Notes under the pieces: generated by a model
What the model saw: only the letters and a program-made list of their open reading frames with translations
Database searches by the model: none
Told to the model about the DNA's origin: nothing
NCBI GenBank assembly: GCA_947496065.1
Contig: CANMBF010000010.1
Span: 8,433 to 72,432, forward strand
Direction: 5' to 3'
DNA: 64,000 bases
Source: Bacteroidota bacterium
Lineage (GTDB): Bacteria > Bacteroidota > Bacteroidia > NS11-12g > UBA955
Program-made: the position numbers and the translations under genes
In this document: piece after piece, positions 45,407 to 53,149 of the stretch
Position numbering within the stretch: the stretch's first letter is position 1
Layout of the letters: each line of letters begins with the position of its first letter

Positions 45407-45950
45407 TGATTGTCTTGTTAAAACCATATTCTTCGCCATAAACATGAAGTTTTTTGCGCAGAATTCTTCGTGCTACGAAGATACGGGTTTTCACAGTTCC
45501 GATTGGTATGTTGAGCTCTTCGGCTATTTCGTGGTACTTAAAACCCTCAACATTTAACATGAAAGTTACTTTTAACTCAGTAGGCAAATCTGTAATTGCT
45601 TTTTCCAAATCTTTTCTAATGAATTTTAATTCCGCTTGGTTCTCTGTTCTGTGGGATGGAATATCAAGAAAGAAGGTATTGTCAGTAGCGTCAAGAAATG
45701 TATTGCGTTTCACCATTCTGCGGTAGTTGTTGATGAAGCTATTTTTGAGGATAGTAAACAACCAACCTCTGAAATTGGTGCCTTCAGAAAATTTTCCTTG
45801 GTATCGCAAGGCTTTCAAAATGGTTTCTTGCACAAGATCATCCGCATCGTCAGAATTTTTGGTCAGTTGCATGGCCAAACCTTTCATAGCAGACATTTCT
45901 TTTTGCAACATGAAGTCGAAAGAAACGGGAAGTAATTGTGCTGAGTTCAT
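45399..45950 (-). CDS. ECF-type RNA polymerase sigma-70 factor
   Basis: Region 2 DDLVQETILKA...FRGWLFTILKN and a region 4 HTH YHEIAEELNIPIGTVKTR. Confidence 0.8.
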   Translation of the reverse strand: MNSAQLLPVSFDFMLQKEMSAMKGLAMQLTKNSDDADDLVQETILKALRYQGKFSEGTNFRGWLFTILKNSFINNYRRMVKRNTFLDATDNTFFLDIPSHRTENQAELKFIRKDLEKAITDLPTELKVTFMLNVEGFKYHEIAEELNIPIGTVKTRIFVARRILRKKLHVYGEEYGFNKTINE

Positions 45951-46374
45951 TTTGTCTTTTTAACAGGTACAAAGTTGAACTTTAAAAATTAAATTTACAC
46001 TATATTTTGTTTAATATTTTATTTTTTTTAATTAAACAAAAAGCTTAGTTATTAACAGTTAGGTGTTTATGTGTAAAATTATCGCTGATATAGGCCTATA
46101 GAAGGAGACTATATGCCGCTAAGTGCTTAGTTATCATTAACGGTAAATCAACAAATTGCTAAAATTACTTAAACAAATTATTTTTTGCAACTACTTGATA
46201 TCGCCTCATTTTAATGTTATTATATTGATTATCAATAGAAAGTATTATTTTTATTGTTTAATAAATATTAAACAAATTGCAAAAACATTAAGTGACTCAT
46301 TAGTATACTCTTGTAAATTATTAGTTCTTTTGCATAAACAATTAGATTCATCCAATAGTTACTTACTAAAGACA

Positions 46375-46782
46375 ATGAAAGTTTCAGTTATTAGAAAAGC
46401 GCATTTTAATGCGGCTCACCGCTTGCACAATCCTGCTTGGAGCGAAGAAAAAAACCAGGAAGTATTTGGGGTTTGCAACAATCCACATTACCATGGTCAC
46501 AATTACAACTTAGAGGTAAAGGTAACTGGCGAAATTGATCCTGAAACAGGTTATGTTATCGACACTAAAAAACTATCCGCGCTCATTCGCTCAGAAATTG
46601 AAGACAAATTCGATCACAGAAATTTAAATTTAGATACGCTTGAATTTAAAGACCTAAATCCTACGGCCGAGCATATCGCCATTGTAATATGGGAAAAATT
46701 AAGAGCCAAAATTGACGGTCGATTTGAATTGGGAATCCGCCTTTTCGAAACTGAAAGAAACTACGTAGAATATAATGGATAA
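46375..46782 (+). CDS. 6-pyruvoyl-tetrahydropterin synthase / QueD-family enzyme
   Basis: CNNPHYHGHNY zinc/catalytic motif and AHRLH. Start at ATG 46375 (MKVSVIRKAHF). Confidence 0.8.
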   Translation: MKVSVIRKAHFNAAHRLHNPAWSEEKNQEVFGVCNNPHYHGHNYNLEVKVTGEIDPETGYVIDTKKLSALIRSEIEDKFDHRNLNLDTLEFKDLNPTAEHIAIVIWEKLRAKIDGRFELGIRLFETERNYVEYNG

Positions 46783-47431
46783 CATACAACATACCGACGA
46801 CCATGATCACGAAATGTTTAACATCGATACACCCATGCGTGCCGATGCCTTTAAACTGAGTGATGATGAAAAGATAGATATAATTCAAAGCCATTTCAAT
46901 GCCATCATGGAGACCTTGGGTCTCGACATGACCGACGATAGTTTAAGCGGCACGCCGCGCAGGGTGGCTAAAATGTATGTGAAAGAAATGTTTTGGGGTT
47001 TAAACCCAACCAACAAACCTGAAGCCTCACACTTTAAAAATAAGTTTAAGTATTCAGAGATGTTGATCGAAAAGGATATAAATTTTTATACCAATTGCGA
47101 ACACCATTTTGTGCCTTTTTTCGGTAAAGCCCATGTTGCTTATATTCCCAATGGTAAAGTAATAGGCTTATCGAAACTTAACCGCATCGTAGAATATTTC
47201 GCAAAACGCCCGCAAGTGCAAGAACGCATGACCATGCAAATTGTAAATGAGTTAAAAAACATCTTAAAAACAGAAAATGTTGCGGTGATAATCAATGCCA
47301 AACATTTGTGTGTGGCCAGTCGCGGTATCAAAGACGATAGCAGCCATACCACAACTGCAGAGTATTGTGGTAAGTTTGAGGAAGAGTCAACACGTCAGGA
47401 ATTGCACCGTTTATTGGCGATTACAGCCTAG
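46775..47431 (+). CDS. folE: GTP cyclohydrolase I
   Basis: CEHHFVPFFGKAHVAYIP and QVQERMT motifs. Overlaps the upstream gene by 8 nt. Confidence 0.92.
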   Translation: MDNIQHTDDHDHEMFNIDTPMRADAFKLSDDEKIDIIQSHFNAIMETLGLDMTDDSLSGTPRRVAKMYVKEMFWGLNPTNKPEASHFKNKFKYSEMLIEKDINFYTNCEHHFVPFFGKAHVAYIPNGKVIGLSKLNRIVEYFAKRPQVQERMTMQIVNELKNILKTENVAVIINAKHLCVASRGIKDDSSHTTTAEYCGKFEEESTRQELHRLLAITA

Positions 47432-47434
47432 ATT

Positions 47435-47470
47435 CGTTGTAAGTTCATCATATATGATGAACTTACAACG
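47435..47470. terminator. Perfect 36-bp palindrome between convergent folE and the ACC-deaminase-family gene, possibly a bidirectional terminator
   Basis: CGTTGTAAGTTCATCAT-AT-ATGATGAACTTACAACG. It starts 4 nt after the folE stop and ends 10 nt before the opposite gene's stop. No U-tracts. Confidence 0.45.
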
Positions 47471-47480
47471 GTTACGAAAA

Positions 47481-48338
47481 TCAAACGTTCATCAATCCAC
47501 CCGTGTGCACTAACAAAATTTTATCTATTGGTTTGAAATAATTTTGTTGAATTAAATCGGCAACAGCCATCATCATTTTGCCAGTGTAGACTGCTTCAAT
47601 GGGCACGCCCGTTTCTTTTTTGAAATGTTCAATAAATTTTTTTAAATCATCATCCGATTTGGCATACTTGCCGCGGTGGTAATCGTGAAACACATGCCAA
47701 TAATTAGTGTCGTGTTTTTCTAATCGGCGATCGAGTTCGAAATTATTTTTAAGCGAGCTGATGCCTAGTATTTTTGTGTTTAATGTTTTTTTAATCACTC
47801 CTTGCACCAATCCTTCCATGGTGGTGCCGGTGCCTAAAGGGAGTATGATATAATCGTATTCCGTTTTTAGTTCATCTAATATCTCTGCACAGCCTTTTAA
47901 TGCCAAAGGGTGGTTACCGCCCTCGTCTAAAAAAAAGGCTTTGGAGTCGTGGCCAAAATATTGATTAAACAAGGCGCGTTTATCTTTGTAAGCAGTGCGC
48001 TCAACATGGTGTAAGGTCATGCCATAGTCAATGGCCAATTGCTCGTAATGGTTAGTTTTTCTCACTTCATCACCTCGAATAAAGGCCATCGTTTGGATAT
48101 TAAATGCCTTGCCAGCAAACGCAGTTGCAATCACATGGTTGCTATAGGCGCCACCAAAAGTAACAATGGTCTCTAATTGATTGGTTTTGATAAATTCTAT
48201 GGCATATTTAAGTTTTCTCCATTTATTGCCGCATACAATGGGGTGAATTAAATCGTCGCGTAGAATATCAATGTGCGGCACTTTATCAAAAGCACTGTAA
48301 TTTAAAGCTTCTACTTTGCTATCTAAAAATTCGCCCAT
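47481..48338 (-). CDS. PLP-dependent ACC deaminase / D-cysteine desulfhydrase family protein
   Basis: GNKWRKLKY lysine motif and a Trp-synthase-beta-like fold pattern. Confidence 0.7.
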   Translation of the reverse strand: MGEFLDSKVEALNYSAFDKVPHIDILRDDLIHPIVCGNKWRKLKYAIEFIKTNQLETIVTFGGAYSNHVIATAFAGKAFNIQTMAFIRGDEVRKTNHYEQLAIDYGMTLHHVERTAYKDKRALFNQYFGHDSKAFFLDEGGNHPLALKGCAEILDELKTEYDYIILPLGTGTTMEGLVQGVIKKTLNTKILGISSLKNNFELDRRLEKHDTNYWHVFHDYHRGKYAKSDDDLKKFIEHFKKETGVPIEAVYTGKMMMAVADLIQQNYFKPIDKILLVHTGGLMNV

Positions 48339-48396
48339 GTGAGGTTGCAAATCAAATACAATTCGATGAAAGATTTTTTAGAATTAAAAAAATGAA

Positions 48397-48404
48397 TAAT
48401 TTTG
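48397..48404 (+). promoter_or_regulatory. -7 box TAATTTTG upstream of the DUF4286-like gene
   Basis: Perfect match, 20 nt before ATG 48425. Confidence 0.4.
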
Positions 48405-48424
48405 TCTCATAATTTAAAAAAGCC

Positions 48425-48730
48425 ATGATTATTTATAACGTTACCTGCAATATACCTGAAGAGATAGAAACTGAATGGGTGCATTGGATGAAGCACACGC
48501 ATATTCCAGAAGTTATTTCAACCGAAAAATTTACGGGGTTTAAAATGCTTAAATTATTAACCGTTGTAGACGATAACGAAGGTGTGAATTACGCCATTCA
48601 ATATTATTGCAATACGGTAGAAGATTTTAATGAATATGTAGATAAACACGCCTTGGCATTAAAGGCTAAGACCTACGAAAAATATGGCGACAAAGTGCTA
48701 GCTTTTCGCACACTGTTAGAAGAAGTATAA
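48425..48730 (+). CDS. DUF4286-like small protein
   Basis: 101 aa. The N-terminus MIIYNVTCNIPEEIETEWVHWM fits my recollection of DUF4286. Confidence 0.45.
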   Translation: MIIYNVTCNIPEEIETEWVHWMKHTHIPEVISTEKFTGFKMLKLLTVVDDNEGVNYAIQYYCNTVEDFNEYVDKHALALKAKTYEKYGDKVLAFRTLLEEV

Positions 48731-48744
48731 GTTAAAAACAATCA

Positions 48745-49075
48745 TCTAACCACAGTCAGACTGAGCCTGTCGAAGTCCCAGTACTTCCAAGATTAACGCC
48801 CAAGGATTATTGTTTAAGCCAACCATTCAGGCTTCGTAACTCTTCGACCATACGTTCGACTCCCGATAGAAATCGGGACAGTATGACGAAGTGTTAGGCT
48901 AACGAAAAAACATAACCTACATCAGTCAGACTGAGCCTGTCGAAGCAATAGTACTTCTAGGAATAATATCTTAGGATTTGAATAATCACAATCGATCTGT
49001 GAACTAATCACAGTTTTAATCTGTCCCAATAGAAATAGGGACTGTGGCTTAATTATGGCACAATCCAAACTTGGT
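48745..49075. repeat. Family C: two units of about 170 bp carrying GTCAGACTGAGCCTGTCGAAG and a TCCCGAT hairpin
   Basis: The 21-mer starts at 48755 and 48925. TCCCGATAGAAATCGGGA lies at 48861-48878. Confidence 0.8.
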
Positions 49076-49094
49076 TTGCCCGAGGTTAATTAGA

Positions 49095-49317
49095 TTTTAT
49101 GAGACAGGCTAAAAGTATAATCCCTAAGGGATATATAAGCAGGGGTTAGTTTTTACTTACAGTTATTAAATCCCTACGGGATAAGGATACAATTGTTGAT
49201 TTTTGAGTTGCATAAATTAAATCCCTACTTAATGGTGTAGGCTAAAAGTTAATTTTTAGTAGTAAAATTAAATCTGAGAATTTAATGTATTCAATTCTCT
49301 TCTGTGAATCTGTGGCT
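49095..49317 (-). repeat. Family B element, inverted orientation, ending with the head motif next to the Usp gene stop
   Basis: GCTAAAAGTATAATCCCTAAGGGAT...ATCCCTACGGGAT...CTGTGAATCTGTGGC. This is the reverse complement of the 22.5-kb units. Confidence 0.85.
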
Positions 49318-49334
49318 TTGAACCCGAAGGTTAA

Positions 49335-50141
49335 TTAAGCGACGTTTGCCGAAAGTTTAGTTGAGCGCGAGTGCATAGAGAACACTGGAATAGGCGAGGT
49401 GCTTACCAATTGTTGTGCATAGGTGCCCATGAAGAAACTATTAGAGCTTTCCATTTCGGTCATAATTGAAATGATATCGCAATGGTGCATGCCTGCAAAT
49501 TTGATACAGTCTTCTGCAATATTATTACCATAGCTTTCATCAAAACTGGTTTTAATGCCTTCTTCTTTCAAAAGGTTTTCAACCTGTGCGGCATATTTTG
49601 CTAGTTTAATGCGCGCATCTTCCGATTTAAATTTACTTACACAGAAAATCAAAACTTCGGCTTCAAAGCCTTTGGCGATTTTTGCTACCCAATTTACTTT
49701 CTGCCTGGTTTCCTCACTATCGTCGATAGGCAACAGTATCTTATGGAATCCTGTAAAACTACTGTTCTCATTCTGTAAAGTAATCACAGGACAATGTGAA
49801 GTGCTTACGACCTTAAACGCATTGCTACCCACCCAAAATTGTTGAAAGCCCGTTACCCCATAAGCACCAATCACAATTAAATCAATGCTTAATTCTTTTT
49901 CTAATTTAATAATTTCTTTCTGAACAACACCTTCGCAGTCGTAATATACAAACGTCATATTCTCCTCATCGCAAATGGTTTTAACGGTCTCTAATACCTC
50001 GGAGGTCGATTTTTCATTCTCTATGTGTGCCACATGTAATTTGGCATTGTATACTTTGCAGAAAGCAATGGCAGTTTTTAATGCACCTCGGGCCGAAGGC
50101 GAGATTACAAAAGGCACTAGAATGTTGTTGAGCGTTGACAT
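49335..50141 (-). CDS. Universal stress protein (tandem Usp domains)
   Basis: Two Usp-like halves, each ending in a G-x2-G-x9-G(S/T)-like segment (VIGAYGVTG...VGSNAFKV). ATG 50141 is preferred. Confidence 0.7.
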   Translation of the reverse strand: MSTLNNILVPFVISPSARGALKTAIAFCKVYNAKLHVAHIENEKSTSEVLETVKTICDEENMTFVYYDCEGVVQKEIIKLEKELSIDLIVIGAYGVTGFQQFWVGSNAFKVVSTSHCPVITLQNENSSFTGFHKILLPIDDSEETRQKVNWVAKIAKGFEAEVLIFCVSKFKSEDARIKLAKYAAQVENLLKEEGIKTSFDESYGNNIAEDCIKFAGMHHCDIISIMTEMESSNSFFMGTYAQQLVSTSPIPVFSMHSRSTKLSANVA

Positions 50142-50224
50142 GGTGTTATGAATTATTTTATAAAAACAAATTACGTAAAAAATATTTGATAAAACCAAAA
50201 TTAGTTCTAAGTTGTTATAAATTA

Positions 50225-50461
50225 ATGATTAATAAATGGATTACAGAAAATAATAGTTTACGCAAAACCTTTTTATTTAAGGATTTTTTGAGTGCAGTGG
50301 CATGGATGCAAAAGGCGGCTCCACAAATTGAAGCGCTTAATCACCATCCTGAATGGACCAATGTATATAACCAAGTGCATGTAAAACTATGCACCCATGA
50401 TGCCCAAAATACAATTACTGAGAAAGATAGGGCATTAGCCGATTTATTGGATAGCATTTGA
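50225..50461 (+). CDS. Pterin-4a-carbinolamine dehydratase
   Basis: LNHHPEW...V.V.L.THD motif. Start at MINKW (50225). Confidence 0.8.
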   Translation: MINKWITENNSLRKTFLFKDFLSAVAWMQKAAPQIEALNHHPEWTNVYNQVHVKLCTHDAQNTITEKDRALADLLDSI

Positions 50462-50472
50462 TAGAAAATCTT

Positions 50473-50480
50473 TAAGTTTG
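50473..50480 (+). promoter_or_regulatory. -7 box TAAGTTTG upstream of hemW
   Basis: Perfect match, 6 nt before ATG 50487. Confidence 0.4.
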
Positions 50481-50486
50481 AAACTT

Positions 50487-51602
50487 ATGTCCGGCATCTA
50501 TATTCACATCCCTTTTTGTAGACAAGCGTGTATTTACTGTAATTTTTATTTTAAAACAGGAACAACGCAAGTCGATGCCTTGGTTGAAGCCATTTGTAAG
50601 GAAATTGAATTGCGGAAAAGCGAATGTACTGAGCCTGTTGAAACCATCTATTTTGGTGGCGGAACACCTTCATTTGTGCCGGCCGAGGCCATTGATAAAA
50701 TTATTAAAACCATTTACCAACATTACCTGGTAGAAAAAATAACGGAACTAACTTTAGAAGCCAATCCAGATGATATTAATGAGACTCAATTATTAGCGTG
50801 GAAGGCTGCAGGTGTTAAGCGATTAAGTATAGGCGTTCAAAGTTTTTACGACAACGATTTAAAATGGATGAACCGAGCGCACAATGCCCATGAGGCAGAA
50901 ACTTCGATTCAATTGGCCATTGCAAATGATTTTGAAGTGAGCATTGATTTAATCTTTGGTTTGCCCGAAAGCAAAGAAGAACAATGGCGTTTTAATTTGA
51001 TAAAGGCCAATGCTCTAGGGGTGCATCACTTATCGTGTTACGGTTTAACTTTGGAAGAAAACACAGCTTGGAAAAAATTAATTGACAAAGGTAAATATGC
51101 CCCAGCCAACGAACAGCTTTCGGCCCATCATTTCGAATGGACCATGGAGTTTTTAAGTCGCTATGGCTGGCAACACTACGAAATTAGCAATTACTGTCAA
51201 CCGGGGTATATGGCCAAACACAACACATCGTATTGGCAACAAAAACGGTATTTGGGATTTGGTCCTTCTGCCCATTCATTCAACGGCAGCGAACGCCAAT
51301 GGAATGTGTCCGACAACGCAGCTTATACCCAAGCAATCAAACAAGGACACTTACCTGCCGAAAAAGAAGTGCTTACAGAAGAAAATAAAATCAATGAGTA
51401 CATTATGACCGGTATGCGCACGCAATGGGGCATCAATCTAAATACCTTGTCAGAAATGGGCGGTCGCAATGCTGCATTTAACGAGCAGTTAGAAAAGCAT
51501 TTGAATAATAAAATGGTGGAGCAAAATGATCAGGTGATTCGCTTAACCAATAAAGGCAAAGTATATGCAGATGCAATAGCTGCGGATTTTTTTGTGAGTT
51601 AG
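50487..51602 (+). CDS. hemW: Radical SAM heme chaperone HemW / oxygen-independent coproporphyrinogen oxidase-like protein
   Basis: IHIPFCRQACIYCNF CxxxCxxC radical SAM motif and the GGGTPS motif. Confidence 0.85.
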   Translation: MSGIYIHIPFCRQACIYCNFYFKTGTTQVDALVEAICKEIELRKSECTEPVETIYFGGGTPSFVPAEAIDKIIKTIYQHYLVEKITELTLEANPDDINETQLLAWKAAGVKRLSIGVQSFYDNDLKWMNRAHNAHEAETSIQLAIANDFEVSIDLIFGLPESKEEQWRFNLIKANALGVHHLSCYGLTLEENTAWKKLIDKGKYAPANEQLSAHHFEWTMEFLSRYGWQHYEISNYCQPGYMAKHNTSYWQQKRYLGFGPSAHSFNGSERQWNVSDNAAYTQAIKQGHLPAEKEVLTEENKINEYIMTGMRTQWGINLNTLSEMGGRNAAFNEQLEKHLNNKMVEQNDQVIRLTNKGKVYADAIAADFFVS

Positions 51603-51609
51603 AAGTATA

Positions 51610-51665
51610 GCCACAGATTCACAGATTGAAATTAGCACCAATAGATTTCACAAATTTTAATACTT
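51610..51665 (+). repeat. Family B head fragment, starting 7 nt after the hemW stop
   Basis: GCCACAGATTCACAGATTGAAATT... is homologous to 22537-22600. Confidence 0.8.
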
Positions 51666-51734
51666 AAATTTGTTAAGAAAGATGTTTGTCTTTATTTTTT
51701 TTTGACTTGAAGCCAATTAGTTTTTTATCACACA

Positions 51735-51945
51735 AGCTAAAAGTATAATCCCTACGGGATATTGAGGCAGTGGTTAGTTTTTACTTACAGATATTATATC
51801 CCTACGGGATAAAGCGACACATTAGTTATTATTAGGTTTACATCTATTAAATCCCTAACGGATAATGTATGCAATAAGGTACTTTTATACATTAAATACA
51901 ATCTGAGAAATGATTGTATTCAATACTCTTCTGTGAATCTGTGGC
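51735..51945 (-). repeat. Family B element, inverted orientation (copy 1 of 2 upstream of 52264)
   Basis: It begins GCTAAAAGTATAATCCCTACGGGATA and ends CTGTGAATCTGTGGC. Confidence 0.85.
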
Positions 51946-52009
51946 TAATAAAGACTCAATCCTGTTTTGTTCAGATATTTATCGGCCCTTGGGTTTGTTA
52001 GTATTTAAC

Positions 52010-52220
52010 GTAGGCTAAAAGTATAATCCCTACGGGATATTAAGGCAGTGGTTAGTTTTTACTTACAGATATTAAATCCCTACGGGATATAGAAGCAGGG
52101 GTTAGTTTTTACTTACAGATATTAAATCCCTACGGTATAATATATACCATTAGTTTATTTTCAGCATTAAAATTCAATCTGAGAAATAATGTATTCAATT
52201 CTCTTCTGTGAATCTGTGGC
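52010..52220 (-). repeat. Family B element, inverted orientation (copy 2), with three 50-bp sub-repeats
   Basis: TCCCTACGG hairpin cores at 52027, 52077 and 52127. It ends CTGTGAATCTGTGGC, 43 nt from the amidase stop. Confidence 0.85.
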
Positions 52221-52263
52221 TTTTTAAGAATAAGCGCAGCAACACTGCATGCACACGAAAAAA

Positions 52264-53043
52264 CTACCCTTTGTTATTGGCTTTTTGGTATTTTTTTACC
52301 GCGTTGAAAATGGCTTTCGCAATCACGGCTTGACCGCTGTCTTTGCCCAAGGTTTTGCGGTCTTCGGCATTGGTTAAGAAACCTGTTTCTACCAATACAC
52401 CTGGCATGGCGGTTTTCCATAATACCAAGAAACCCGCTTGTTTAACACCTCTGCTCTTAAGTTTTGTATTGGTTTTAAATTCAGTTTCTACATGACTAGC
52501 AAACTTAGCACTTTGCGAAATGTAAGCATTTTGCATCAAGGTTAAAATAATATGACCTGCAGGTGAGTTAGGATCGAAACCCGAATAGGCTTCATTGGTT
52601 TTATAATCTTTTTCTAAAAGGATCACATTGTTTTCGCGTTTTGAAACCGCGAGATTACCTTCCGATTTATGTAAACCCATTAAATAAGTCTCCGTTCCGG
52701 CGGCTTCATGGTTGTCGTTTGCGTTGCAGTGTATACTTATAAAAAGGTCGGCATTGTTTTTGTTTGCAATGTTACCACGTTCACTTAATTCAATGAATTT
52801 ATCTGATTTTCGCGTATATATTACTTTAACATCCTTTAGGCTGTCCTCTATCATTTTGCCTAATTTTAAAGCAATAGAAAGGGTCACATGTTTTTCATTA
52901 CTACCACCGCCATTGCAACCAGGGTCGTTGCCACCATGGCCTGCATCAATCACCACGATGTTAAATAAATTGTCAGCGTGGTTGAATGAGGATCCGCCCA
53001 ATAAAACAACGGTTAATGTAAAAACTAATAATTTCTTGTTCAT
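52264..53043 (-). CDS. N-acetylmuramoyl-L-alanine amidase (Amidase_3)
   Basis: Signal peptide. VVIDAGHGGNDPG and SIHCNA zinc-site motifs. Confidence 0.85.
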   Translation of the reverse strand: MNKKLLVFTLTVVLLGGSSFNHADNLFNIVVIDAGHGGNDPGCNGGGSNEKHVTLSIALKLGKMIEDSLKDVKVIYTRKSDKFIELSERGNIANKNNADLFISIHCNANDNHEAAGTETYLMGLHKSEGNLAVSKRENNVILLEKDYKTNEAYSGFDPNSPAGHIILTLMQNAYISQSAKFASHVETEFKTNTKLKSRGVKQAGFLVLWKTAMPGVLVETGFLTNAEDRKTLGKDSGQAVIAKAIFNAVKKYQKANNKG

Positions 53044-53069
53044 AATTCAGTTGGCTCGTTTTTTTGCTT

Positions 53070-53077
53070 TAGTTTTG
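53070..53077 (+). promoter_or_regulatory. -7 box TAGTTTTG upstream of the LptD-like gene
   Basis: Perfect match in the divergent region between the amidase and LptD-like genes. Confidence 0.4.
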
Positions 53078-53149
53078 TGCAAAATTCGGCATTTGTTTCT
53101 TTTAAGTACTTTTAATAAAACTAAAAATCTCCCTCGTTTATTGTGGATA

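Noticed and set aside
46149-46280. Three copies of (T/C)AAACAAATT(G/A) (46149-46159, 46170-46180, 46269-46280) between the sigma and PTPS-like genes, as a possible operator.
   Set aside because: The region is very AT-rich, the motif is low-complexity and the spacing is irregular (21 and 100 bp). This could easily be chance.
46156-46374. A 73-codon N-terminal extension of the PTPS/QueD-like ORF.
   Set aside because: It is an AT-rich, Ile/Leu/Lys/Asn-rich read-through of the divergent promoter region. The family's conserved N-terminus begins at MKVSVIRKAHF (46375).
52712-53149. A 146-codon N-terminal extension of the LptD-like ORF.
   Set aside because: It lies entirely antisense to the well-supported amidase gene. 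A signal peptide and a -7 box support a start near 53093-53150.
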